Origin: Anaeramoeba ignava BMAN
Lineage: Eukaryota > Protista > Anaeramoebae
Assembly: GCA_028826165.1 (NCBI GenBank)
Contig: JAPDFW010000084.1
Coordinates: 248,001-312,000 of the forward strand
Length of the DNA: 64,000 nt
Reading direction: 5' to 3'
Shown here: one piece after another, positions 37,620 to 50,100 of the stretch
Layout: each line of letters begins with the position of its first letter
Position numbering within the stretch: position 1 is the stretch's first letter
Notes under the pieces: generated by a model
Told to the model about the DNA's origin: nothing
The model's database searches: none
What the model saw: the letters and a program-made list of their open reading frames with translations, nothing else
Made by a program: the position numbers and the translations under genes

Positions 37620-40600
37620 ATGACTACAAAAAAATTAGAACCTTTTGAAGTTTTAGCAATAGCAGATTGGATTCCACAAGACGATAAAGAATTAGCATTT
37701 AAAAAAAATGATAAAATTACAATTATTGATAATAATTATAATTGGTGGGTTGGATATATTGAAAAATCACAACCAGGACTTATTCCAAAAAAGTAAGCAA
37801 AATAAATTTTAATAAAAAACTAATTTCCTTTCCTTTTAATAAAAAAATTTTTTTTCCCTTTTTATTTCTAATAGTTTTATATCATTTGATTCTTCTAAAA
37901 TTGAAACTGAAAACTTAAGTAAACAAAAACAAATTGTTTCAATGATTCATTTAGAATTTAAAATTAAAATTAAAATTTAAATTAAAATTAAAATTAAAAT
38001 TAAAATTAAAATTCAAATTAAAATCAAAATTAAATTTAAAATTAAAATTAAAATTAAATTTAAATTTAAATTTAAAATTAAAATTAAAATTAAAATTAAA
38101 ATTAAATTTTAAAATTAATTGGTGGGTTTAAAATTAAAATTAAAATTAAAATCAAAAATTAAAATTAAAATTAAAAATTAAAATTAAAATTTAAAATTTT
38201 AAAATTAAAAAATTAAAATTAAAATTAAAAATTTAAAATTAAAATTTAAAATTAAAAATCAAAATTAAAATTAAAATTAAAATTAAAATTAAAATTAAAA
38301 TTAAAATTAAAATTAAATTTTAAAATCAAAATTAAAATTAAAATAAAAATTAAATTCAAAATTAAAAATTAAAATTCAAAATTAAATTTAAAAATTAAAA
38401 ATTAAAAATTAAAAATTAAAATTAAAAATTAAAATTAAAAAAATTAAAATTAAAATTAAAATTAAAATTAAAATTAAAATTAAAATTAAAATTAAAATTA
38501 AAAATTAAAATTAAAATTAAAATTAAATTTAAAATTAAAATTAAATTAAATTAAAAATCAAAATTCAAATTAAAAATTAAAATTAAAATTAAAATTAAAA
38601 TTAAAATTAAAATTAAAAATTAAATTAAAACTAAAATCAAATTTAAAATTAAAATCAAAATTAAAATTAAAATTAAAATTAAAATTAATATTAAAATTAA
38701 AAATTAGATTCACAAAATCAAACAAATATACCACCAAAACCAGTTCCAAAACCTTTATCAATAAGACAAATTAAAAACTCAAAACCACCACTTCCAAAAA
38801 ATCCTAAACCAAACATGAATAGAAAAAAACAAATTACATCACAAGCATTTCCAAATCCCAAAACAAAACCGATTCCAAAACAAGAAAATCCACCAATTAA
38901 TATTGAAGAAAATCAAATTGAAAATCAAATTGAAAATGAAAATCAAATTGAAAATAATTATGAATTTCAAGATGAAAATCAAATTGAAGATGAAAATGAA
39001 AATCGAAATTGAAAATGAAAATCAAATTGAAAATGAAAATCAAAATGAAAATAATTACGAATTTCAAGATGAAAATCAAATTGAAAATCAAAATAATTAT
39101 GAATTTTTTGATGAATCATTACCTCCTCCTCCTAAAATTATTGCTGAAGACTTTACACAAAATTTTGAACCAATTTTAGAGCAAGATTTACCTCCAATTC
39201 CTATTGAATTTCAAACACAAGCAAAATATTTTTTGGATGTAAAATTCAAACAAAATATTTTCTTTCTTTTTATTTAATTTTAAAATCAAATTCTCAGGAA
39301 AATTTTGTTTGGAAATTAGATGAAAAATTTGTTCCTTTAAAATTTGAAGTCAGTTTATTACCATCAAATTCAAAATCTGGAGGAAAACTAGACAAAATGA
39401 AATTTTTAGTTGTTTCAAGTGTAAATTTAAAAGAATTTCATTTAATCAATCATTTAATCAATTATAATTAATTTTTTTTTAGTCACAAGAATATACAGTT
39501 GAAAGAACTTTTTTCCAATTCAGAACTTTTAGAGATCAATTATCAGAACAATTCCAAAGTTGTGCTATTCCTTCTCTTGTTAATATTAAGAAGAATGGTA
39601 AACGAATTATAATTCAAAAATTCAAAATGAAAAAATTTAAAAGAATTTAAAATGTGAAAAAATTTTTTGGATGTTTTAGATTCTCCTGATAAAATTTTAG
39701 CAATATTTTTGAATAGAATTGCTTCTCATCCAATTTTAGGAACTTCTGATTTATTTAAAGATTTTATTGGAATAGAAGTTGAAATTAAAGAGTCAAATAA
39801 ATTTGATTTTGAAAATGAATTTGAATCTGCAGTTTCAATTGCAAATACAACTTATAAAATTTCAATTGAAAAATTTGGATTATTTCTTCAAAATCTTGAA
39901 AATCAATTCAAAGAATTGAGATCAGGATTTAATTCACAAACTACAAAATATAAAGGTTGATATTGAATTTAAAAAAAAAAATAATTTTAATTTAAATTTA
40001 AACGGAAAAAATTAAAATGAAATATTTTGCTCCATTTTTTTAGAATTATCAGTAATATTCTCAGATTTGGCTTCAAAAGTTACTGGATTTAGTAAAATAG
40101 GCTTGGATTGGAGAACAAAAGAAAATTTAGATGAAGATACAATTAATACAATAGCAGCAATTTCAAATTCACTAGTTGGATTATCATCATGTCTTTATAA
40201 ACTTTATAAAATATATGAAAATGACTTGAGAATTCCAAATGATTTAATATGCGATTTCTTTAATGAATATTTTGGGATATTTTCCGCTTTTGATGATGTT
40301 TGGAAACAAAAAGATAGAATTAAAGCACAAAAAGAACTTGTTACACAAACTTATCAAAAATTACAAACAAGCACATCTAAAAATTTCCAAAAAATTTCAA
40401 TTGAAGGTGAAAAACTTGAAAAAACAACAAAACTTGATGCCAAATTTGAATTGGCAATTCTTGCCGAAATGGAGAATTTTAGATATTCTCTTTCTTCTGA
40501 TTTTAAATCAAATCTTGAAAATTATGTTCAATCCCAAATTGATATTAGTGAACAAATGACTGAATTATGGAAAGATATGATTCCTTTAATTGATTCAATT

Positions 40601-40636
40601 GATGTTAAAAAAGGATCAAAAGAAAATTCAAATTAA
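37620..40636 (+). CDS. SH3-PX-BAR sorting nexin (SNX9/18/33-like architecture); one apparent 1-nt frameshift at ~39005
   Basis: Exons 37620-37792, 37875-37918, 38708-39238, 39298-39420, 39483-39597, 39680-39955, 40044-40636. SH3 (AIADW...ELAFKKND...NWWVG...GLIP), Pro-rich linker, PX (VERTFFQF...IPSL...FLNRIASHPIL), helical BAR-like C-terminus (AEMENF...YVQSQI). Confidence 0.85.
37950..38705. repeat. (AAAATT)n array filling sorting-nexin intron 2 (37919-38707)
   Basis: Directly visible. Confidence 0.95.
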
Positions 40637-40828
40637 CCTAATTTAATTTAATTTAATTTAATTTAATTTAATAATCAATCAATTAAAATTTGATCAAGAA
40701 AGAGAAAAAAAATTTTTTTTTTGCTTTTTTAATTAAAAAAAAAGTGGAACAAACAAACAAAAAAAATTTTTTTTCTTCTTTTTTAAAATTTCATTTTTTC
40801 TTTTCTTTAAAAATTTGGTTTTAAACAA

Positions 40829-42001
40829 ATGAAAAAATTAAAAGTATTATATCAAATCTCACAGGATGAATTCCCAGCAATCAACAAGAAAATAAACAAT
40901 TTCCCACGCAATGCAATATGGTCACCAGATGGATCATGTATTTTAGTAAATTTAGAATCAAGAGAAATGAAATTGTATGAAATCCAAGAAAAAAACGAAC
41001 CAAATAATGAAGAGCAAAAAAAAGCTGCGTTAACATTCAAGGAATCTGAAGGAATCACGAGTATGGAATGGAATCCACAAATGAATTCACTTGATCCAAA
41101 AACATGTTATTTTATTTCAAGTTGTAAAAATTCGCCAGTTCACATGTGGGACGCATATACTGGCAAAATCAAGCAAACAATACACACGAAAAACCAATTT
41201 TTTGAATTTGCAGGACCAAGTGCTCTTGCTTTTTCTTCCGCTGGGGATAAGATTTATTGTGGGTTCAAGAACAATATCCAAATATTTGATATTTTAAATA
41301 ATTTTGATCCAATTCAAAAATTTTCAACTAAAAAACATCAAAAAGGAATAATTTCGAAAATCGTTCATACTCCATTCAACGCAAGTGTGTATGCAGTGGG
41401 AACGTTTTCAGGGAATGTTTCCTGCTATTCCATCAAGAACAACACCTTGGTTTGCCTTCTTGGAAATGGGAATAAAAAAGGAATAACAGAAATCAAATTT
41501 TCAAAATGTGGGAATTTTATTTTTACTGGATCAAGAATGGAAGATCAAATTTATTGCTTTGATATTCGCCAGCCAAATAAACCTGTTTATTCGTTATTTC
41601 GGGAATCAAGAACAAACCAAAGAATCTCTTTTGATATTGATTGTTATGGTAATTTTTTAGGAACTGGATCGACAAATTCGAAAATTTTAATTTATGACAT
41701 TACGAACCCTGAAAATAAGGTTTTTGAGTATAACGAGCCCAAGAAATCTTGCATAAATTCTTTTCGGTTCCATCCTTTCATTCAAAATGTGTTTCTTGTT
41801 TCTTTTGGAGAACGTTTTTTTGGGTTTAAAGAAAAACATTTTGAAAAATTCAAATCAAAGTTGGTTGATTTTCCTGTTAGAATTTGCATGATTAGTGAAG
41901 ATTTAGATAATCAAGAAGAAGAGGAAAGAAAAGAGAACATAAAATCGGAAAATTTTATTGCGGAAGAGAAAGAAAAAGAAAAAGAAAATGTTGATAATTA
42001 G
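40829..42001 (+). CDS. WRAP53: WRAP53/TCAB1/Swt21-like WD40 protein (telomerase/scaRNA Cajal body factor)
   Basis: WSPDGSCIL, PVHMWDAYTG, QKGIIS, GITEIKFS, TNQRISFD, FHP motifs. Confidence 0.92.
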   Translation: MKKLKVLYQISQDEFPAINKKINNFPRNAIWSPDGSCILVNLESREMKLYEIQEKNEPNNEEQKKAALTFKESEGITSMEWNPQMNSLDPKTCYFISSCKNSPVHMWDAYTGKIKQTIHTKNQFFEFAGPSALAFSSAGDKIYCGFKNNIQIFDILNNFDPIQKFSTKKHQKGIISKIVHTPFNASVYAVGTFSGNVSCYSIKNNTLVCLLGNGNKKGITEIKFSKCGNFIFTGSRMEDQIYCFDIRQPNKPVYSLFRESRTNQRISFDIDCYGNFLGTGSTNSKILIYDITNPENKVFEYNEPKKSCINSFRFHPFIQNVFLVSFGERFFGFKEKHFEKFKSKLVDFPVRICMISEDLDNQEEEERKENIKSENFIAEEKEKEKENVDN

Positions 42002-42067
42002 ATGATATTAATTAAAATTTTTTTTCATTTTTTCTTTTTCATTTTTTCTTTTTCATTTTTTCTTGAA

Positions 42068-45000
42068 ATGATAAAACTTGAATGGTTTTTAATTGGTTAT
42101 ACTTCTTTTCTTGTTTTTTTTGTTTATGTTTTACTTTTTGGACAAAGTGATTATCATCGAAATGGAATAATTGGTTTTCTTTATCAATTTTTATCTTATA
42201 AAATATTTATTTATTTCAGGTAAAAGAAAATTTAATTTAATTTAATTTAATTAAATTGAAGAATCGAATTTTTATATTTGATTTTTTTATTAGGCTTTTA
42301 ATTACAAAATGTTTTGGAAAAAGAATGGAAACTCGTTTAGATAATTTTTCTCATTATTTTCTTCAAACAAAGAACCCTTTTTTAATGATATTTTATTTAG
42401 TTGTTCTTTTTGGTGGTTTAACTATTTTTTTTATTTCTGTTTTTCCAGAAATGTTTTTTTGTCCAACTCTTTCAAATTTACATATGTATTCAAAATGAAT
42501 TTTATTATAAAATTTATTATAAAATTAATTATTAAATTTATTATAAAAATTATTATAAAATTTATTATAAAAATTATTATAAAATTTATTATAAAAATTA
42601 TTTTAAAATTTATTATAAAATTTATTATTAAATTTATTATAAAATTTATTATTAAATTTATTATTAAATTTATTATTAAATTTATTATTAAAATTATTAT
42701 TAAAATTATTATTAAAATTATTATTAAAATTATTATTAAAATTATTATTAAATTTATTATAAAATTTATTATAAAATTTATTATAAAATTATTATTAAAA
42801 AATTATTAAAAAAAATTATTATAAAATTTATTATAAAAATTTATTATAAAATTTATTATAAAAATTATTATAAAATTTATTACAAAATTTATTATAAAAT
42901 TTATTATAAAAATTATTATAAAAATTATTATAAAATTTATTATTATAAAAATTTATTATAAAAATTTATTATAAAATTTATTATAAAATTTATTATAAAA
43001 TTTATTATAAAATTTATTATTAAATTTATTATAAAATTTATTATAAAAAATTATTTTAAAAATTATTATAAAATTATTATTAAAAATTATTATAAAAAAT
43101 TATTATAAAAATTATTATAAAAATTATTATTAAATTATTATTAAATTTATAATTAAATTATTTTAAAATTTATTATAAAATTATTATTAAATTTATTATA
43201 AAATTTATTATAAAAATTATTATAAAATTATTATAAAATTTATTATAAAATTATTAAAATTTATTATAAAAATTTATTATAAAATTTTATTATAAAATTT
43301 ATTATAAAATTTATTATAAAAATTATTATTAAATTTATTATAAAAATTATTATAAAATTTATTATAAAATTATTATAAAAATTATTATAAAATTATTATA
43401 AAAATTATTATAAAAAATTATTATTAAAATTATTATTAAAATTATTATTAAAAAATTATTATTAAATTTATTATAAAATTATTATTAAATTATTATTAAT
43501 TTATTATTAAATTTATTATAAAAATTATTTTAAAATTTATTATTAAATTTATTATAAAAATTTATTATAAAATTTATTATTAAATTTATTATAAAATTAA
43601 TTATTAAAATTATTATTAAAATTTATTATAAAATTTATTATAAAAATTTATTATTAAATTATTTTTAAAATTTATTATAAAAAATTATTATAAAATTTAT
43701 TATAAAAATTTATTATTAAATTTATTATAAAATTTATTATAAAAATTATTATAAAAATTATTTATAAAAATTATTATAAAAATTTATTAAAAAATTATTA
43801 TTAAAATTTATTATAAAATTTATTATAAAATTTATTATATAAAAATTATTATTAAATTATTATAAAAAATTATTATTAAAATTATTATAAAATTTATTAT
43901 AAAAATTTATTATTAAATTTATTATTAAATTTATTATTAAAAATTAGTTAAAATTATTATTAAATTTATTATAAAATTTATTATAAAAAAATTTATTTAA
44001 TTATTATAAAATTTATTATAAAATTTATTATAAAATTTATTATAAAATTTATTATAAAATTTATTATAAAATTTATTATAAAATTTATTATAAAATTATT
44101 ATAAAAATTATTTTAAAATTTATTATAAAAATTATAATTAAAATTTTATAATTTATTAAAATTATTTTAAAATTTTTCTTTCTTTGTTGAAAATTTTTTT
44201 TAGCTTCTATTTAATTATTATTTTGTCTCTTGTTTTTGGAAGTTTTCTTATTTGCGTTTACAGTGATCCAGGAATAATTACTTCTGAAAATGTTAATAAT
44301 TATTTAAAACTTTATCCTTATGATTATATGATTTATTTACCAAAAGAATGCTCAACTTGCAAATTACCAAAGTATTATTTATTTGTTTATTTATTATTAA
44401 AATTAAAATTAAAATTAAAATTAATATTAATATTAATATTATAATAATTCAGACCAGCAAGATCAAAACATTGTAGATTTTTAAATAAATGTATTGCAAG
44501 ATATGATCATTATTGTGGTTGGGTAGCAAATTCAATAGGAGAACTTAATTATCGATATTTTATTTTATTTTTATTCAGTAATTTTGCAATGTGTGTTTAT
44601 GGTTCATATTTTATGTTTAAAATTCTTTCCTGGAAAATTTATGAAAGTCAATTTTTTGTTCAACAAATATCAGAATATGAAGATTCTTTAAAAGATAAAC
44701 CAAAACTTCAAGATTATATTGAAGTATTAAGAATAAAATTATTCAAATTATTCAAAATATTCAAAATATTCAAAATATTCAAAATATTCAAAATATTCAA
44801 AATATTCAAAATATTTAAAATAAATATTCAAAATATTCAATATATTCAAAATATTTAAAATAAATATTCAAAATAAATATTCAAAATATTTAAAATATTT
44901 AAAATAAATATTCAAAATATTTAAAATAAATATTCAAAATTAAATATTTAAATATTCAAAAATAAATATTTAAGATAAATATTCAAAATATTTAAAATAT

Positions 45001-46232
45001 TTAAAAATAAATATTCAAAATAAATATTTAATATATTCAAAATAAATATTCAAAAATAAATATTATTCAAAATATTTAAAAATAAATATTCAAAAATAAA
45101 ATATTTAATATAAAATAAATATTCAAAAATAAATATTCAAAAATATTCAAAATAAATATTCAAAATAAATATTTAAAATATTTAAATAAATATTTAAAGA
45201 GTTTAAAATAAATATTTAAAATTTTCAAAATATTTAAAAAACAAATATTCAATATAAATTTTTAAAAATAAATATTTATTAAATATTTTTAAATATTTAA
45301 ATATTCAAAAATAAATATTTTAAAATGGAAAATTTTGAAAATAAATATTTTTGTTCAACAAATATCAGATTAAAATAAATATTTTAAAATTTTAAAAAAA
45401 AAGATTTAAAAACCAAAATATTTAAAGATTTAAGATTGAAATATTTAAAATAAAATATTTTAAAATAAATATTTAAAATAAATATTTAAAATAAATATTC
45501 AAAATAAATATTTAAAATAATTATTCAAATTATTCAAAATAAATATTCAAAATATTTAAAATAAATATTTAAAATATTCAAAATAAATATTTAAAAATAA
45601 ATATTTAAAATATTCAAAATAAATATTTAAAATAAATATTTAAAATATTCAAAATAAATATTTAAAATATTCAAATTATTCAAAATAAATATTTAAAATA
45701 AATATTCAAAATAAATATTTAAAATAAATATTCAAAATAAATATTCAATATATTCAAAATATATATTCAAAATATTCAATATAAATATTTATTCAAAATT
45801 TTCAAAATTTTCTTAAAGTTTTTGTTGGAAAATTACAGAACAATTTCAGGACTATTTTTATTAGTTACATTAATGGCTATTGTTGTTTTTGCTTTCACAC
45901 TTTATCATTTATATTTAATTTCCAAAAATACAACAACTGTTGAAAGTTTTAAATTTAGTGAATTCAAACAATTTCTTCAACAATTAGCTTCAGAAAATAA
46001 AGTTTTAATGGTAAATACAAACTTGGTTTCTCCTCAAAAATCTAAAAATTCAAAAAAAAGAAAAAAATCTAAAAATGAAGATAATCTTAATAACGTTGTT
46101 CCTTTAGATCCTAATAATTTGAAAAATATTTATAATGTTGGAATTATTGGAAATTTTTTGGAAGTTTTTTTTCCTAAAAGTAGAAGAATACAAAAATCAA
46201 AAACAAAATCTCTTAAACCTAAAAAGAAATAA
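42068..46232 (+). CDS. Protein S-acyltransferase, SWF1/ZDHHC4-like, with DHYC variant motif
   Basis: Exons 42068-42219, 42294-42485, 44204-44371, 44453-44723, 45819-46232. SDPG, CSTCKLPKPARSKHC, YDHYCGW, NYRYF, NTTTVE and NIYNVG motifs. Confidence 0.92.
42498..44170. repeat. (ATTATAAAATTT/ATTATTAAATTT)n ~12-mer array filling palmitoyltransferase intron 2 (42486-44203)
   Basis: Directly visible. Confidence 0.95.
44735..45810. repeat. (ATTCAAAAT / AAATATTTAAAAT)n array filling palmitoyltransferase intron 4 (44724-45818)
   Basis: Directly visible. Confidence 0.93.
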
Positions 46233-46390
46233 GAAAAGAACAACAACAAAAAAAAGAAGAATAATATTTTTAAAAGAAATTTTTTTTGAATTTCCAAAAT
46301 AAAATGAAATAACTTGAACTAACAAAAAAAATAAATCTAAATTTAAAAAAAAAAAAACAAAAAAAACTATTTTACAAACAAAATTATTTT

Positions 46391-47083
46391 TTAATTTTCA
46401 AATTGCCATTTTTTTGCAATTAATAATTCTTCTAAATTTGCAATTCTTATTATTTGAATATTATGAACAAATTCTCTTGGAAAACGTTGTTTAAAACTAA
46501 TGAGAATTTTTGGAATAATTAAAGGATAAATAAGTAAATTATTTTCATTTTCATTTTCATTTTCTTCTAAAACAATTCCTTCAAGATTAATTTTTTCCAA
46601 ATTTCCATTTTGATTTATATTATGAAGAGAAAATGAAATGATTTTTCCTGAAATGTTTCCTTGATTTTCATTGGAATTTTCTTGTTGTTTATTTTGCTCT
46701 TTTTCGATAAAATTTTGATCATTTTCTTTTAAATTTTGTTTATTCATTTCAATTTTCTTAAATTTTTGTTTTGATAACCATCGTTTTCGACGGCGTTTTT
46801 GCGCATTTTTCTTTTTGATGATTTTCTTCTCTTGTTTTGTAAAAATTCTTTCTATTGATAATTGATCTGATTCTCTTAAAATGGATGTTGTGGATGAATT
46901 TGTAATTTGGAAACCATTTAAAAACATTTTACAATTTTCTTCTTTAAAATCAATTGGAAGATGAATTTTAATAAAATGAAAAAGGTTTTGATTTTGTTGA
47001 TTAATTTCCAAAATTTTTATTTGAGGAATTTGTTGATTTTCTGAAGAAATTGAAAGTTTAATTCGGATAAAATTTTGGTTCAT
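46391..47083 (-). CDS. Short coilin-like protein
   Basis: N-terminus IRIKL...MFLNGFQI...TSILRESDQLSI resembles the coilin N-terminal domain; basic NAQKRRRKRW segment; C-terminal GKIISF segment possibly Tudor-like. Pattern recognition only. Confidence 0.6.
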   Translation of the reverse strand: MNQNFIRIKLSISSENQQIPQIKILEINQQNQNLFHFIKIHLPIDFKEENCKMFLNGFQITNSSTTSILRESDQLSIERIFTKQEKKIIKKKNAQKRRRKRWLSKQKFKKIEMNKQNLKENDQNFIEKEQNKQQENSNENQGNISGKIISFSLHNINQNGNLEKINLEGIVLEENENENENNLLIYPLIIPKILISFKQRFPREFVHNIQIIRIANLEELLIAKKWQFEN

Positions 47084-47197
47084 TTTTTTTTATTTATATT
47101 TTTTTTTTAAAAAGAAAAAAAATGAAAAGCAAAAAAATTTTTTTCATTTTTTTAATTTTAATTTTCAAAATCAAAATCAAAGTCAAAATCAAAATCA
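47084..47197. promoter_or_regulatory. Putative 114-bp bidirectional promoter (coilin-like / imidazolonepropionase)
   Basis: Divergent ATGs with AAATGAAAA at ~47120 and TTTTCATTTT at ~47141. Confidence 0.55.
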
Positions 47198-50100
47198 ATG
47201 TCAAAATCAATGTCAAAACAACATTTATTAAGAATTAAAAATATTTCTCAATTAGTTCAAGTTTCAAACACTTTTCAAAAATATAAAATTGGAGATGATA
47301 TGAAAAATGTTAATATTAGTGAAAATATGACAATTATTGTTAATAAAGAAGGTAAAATTGAAGATATTGGAAATTCTGATGAGATGGAAAAAAAATATTT
47401 AGAACATACTTTTGAACAAGAAATTGATGCAAAAGGAAAATCTGTTATTCCAGGTAATTATAACTTTTAAAATTAAAATCAAAATTAAAATTAAAATTAA
47501 AATTAAAATTAAAATTTAAAATCAAAATTAAAATCAAAATTAAAATTAAAATTTGAATTAAAATTAAAATTAAAATTAAAATTAAAATTAAAATTCAATT
47601 TAAAACTAAAATTAAAATTAAAATTAAAATTGAAATTCATTTATAAAATTAAAATTAAAATTAAAATTAAAATTAAAATTAAAATTAAAATTAAAATTCA
47701 AATCAAAATTAAAATTAAAATATAAATTAAAATTAAATTTAAATTTAAAATTAAAATTAAAATTAAAATTAAATTTAAAATTATAATTAAAATTAAAATT
47801 GAATTAAAATTTATTTTGTGGAAAAGGGTTTATTGATTGTCATACTCATCCAGTTTGGAGTGGTGATAGATGTCATGAATTTGCAATGAAATTAAATGGA
47901 GCAACTTATATGGAAATTCATAAACAAGGAGGAGGAATTGGTTTTACAGTAAATCATACAAGAGAAAGTTCAGAAGAAGAATTATTAGAATTATTAATTC
48001 CCAGACTTAATCAAATGATGAGATCAGGAACAACACTTGTTGAAGCAAAAAGCGGTTAATATTCTTAAAATTAAAATTAATTTATAAAAATAAAAATTAA
48101 AATTAAAATTAAAATTAAAATTAAAATTAAAATTAAAATTAAAATTAAAATTAAAATTAAAATTAAAATTAAAATTAAAATTAAAATTAAAATTAAAATT
48201 CATTTATAAAATTAAAATCAAAATTAAAATTAAAATATTAAATTTAAAATTAAAATTAAAATTAAAATTAAAATTAAAATTAAAATTAAAATTAAAATTG
48301 AAATTAAAAATTAAAATCAAAATTCATTTATAAAATTAAAATTAAAAAGGTTATGGATTAAATTGTGAAACAGAAATGAAAATGCTTAAAGTTATTGAAA
48401 AAGCTAAGAAAATTCATCCAATAGAAATTGTTTCAACATTTTTAGCACATTCAATTCCAAAAGATTCAACAATTGAAAAATATACAGAAAATGTCATTTC
48501 AGAACAAATTCCAAAATTAAAAGAATTAATGGATAAAAAAGAATTATTTCCAGAATTAATTGATGTTTTTTGTGAAAAAGGAGTTTTTGGAATTAAAGAA
48601 TCAAAAGCAATTCTTGAAGAAGGAAAAAAATTAGGATTAAAAATTAATTTTCATGGAGATGAACTTAATCCTATAAAAGGAGCTCAATTAGCAAGTGAAT
48701 TAGAAGCTATTGGAATTAGTCATCTTGAAAAAATTGATAAAGAAGGAATTAAAGCAATTGCAAAATCAAAAACTTCAGGTGTTTTACTTCCAACAACTGG
48801 TTATATTTTAAGGTTGGAACAAGCTCCAGCTCGAGAAATGATTTCAAAGAATGTTATTATTTCTCTTGCTTCTGATTTTAATCCAAATGTAGATTATTTC
48901 AAAATTTATAATTAAATTTAAAACAAAATTTATAATTAAATTTATAATTAAATTTATAAATAAATTATTTCAAAATTAATAATTAAATTATTTCAAAATT
49001 AATAATTAAATTAATAATTAAATTTATAATTAAATTAATAATTAAATTTATAATTAAATTAATAATTAAATTTATAATTAAATTAATAATTAAATTTATA
49101 ATTAAATTATTTCAAAATTTATAATTAAATTATTTCAAAATTTATAATTAAATTATTTCAAAATTTAAAACAAAATTAATAATTAAATTATTTCAAAATT
49201 AATAATTAAATTAATAATTAAATTAATAATTAAATTTATAATTAAATTTATAATTAAATTAATTCAAAATTAATAATTAAATTTATAATTAAATTTATAA
49301 TTAAATTTATAATTAAATTTATAATTAAATTATTTCAAAATTTATAATTAAATTAATAATAAAATTTATAATTAAATTAATAATTATATTTATAATTAAA
49401 TTAATAATTAAATTTATAATTAAATTTATAATTAAATTATTTCAAAATTAATAATTAAATTTATAATTAAATTTATAATTAAATTTATAATTAAATTTAT
49501 AATTAAATTTATAATTAAATTTATAATTAAATTTATAATTAAATTTATAATTAAATTTATAATTAAATTTATAATTATATTAATAATTAAATTTATAATT
49601 AAATTTATAATTAAATTAATTCAAAATTAATAATTAAATTATTTCAAAATTTAAAACAAAATTTATAATTAAATTAATAATAAAATTTATAATTAAATTT
49701 ATAATTAAATATATAATTAAATTAATAATTAAATATATAATTAAATTTATAATTAAATTAATAATTAAATTAATAATTAAATTTATAATTAAATTTATAA
49801 TTAAATTAATTCAAAATTTATAATTAAATTATTTCAAAATTTATAATTAAATTAATAATTAAATTTATAATTAAATTAATAATTAAATTTATAATTAAAT
49901 TAATAATTAAATTTATAATTAAATTTATAATTAAATTTATAATTAAATTTATAATTAAATTAATAATTAATTTTAATTGTAAAATAATAGGCTCCTTGCA
50001 CATCAATTCCATTTGTAATGCATTTAGGATGCGTTCAATTAAGAATGACAATGGAAGAAAGTCTTGTTGCAACAACTTTAAATGCTGCTTATTCTTTAGG

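Noticed and set aside
39001-39012. Frameshift in the sorting nexin as programmed recoding
   Set aside because: An extra G (AATCGAAATT versus the repeat unit AATCAAATT) inside a low-complexity coding repeat; best explained as consensus error.
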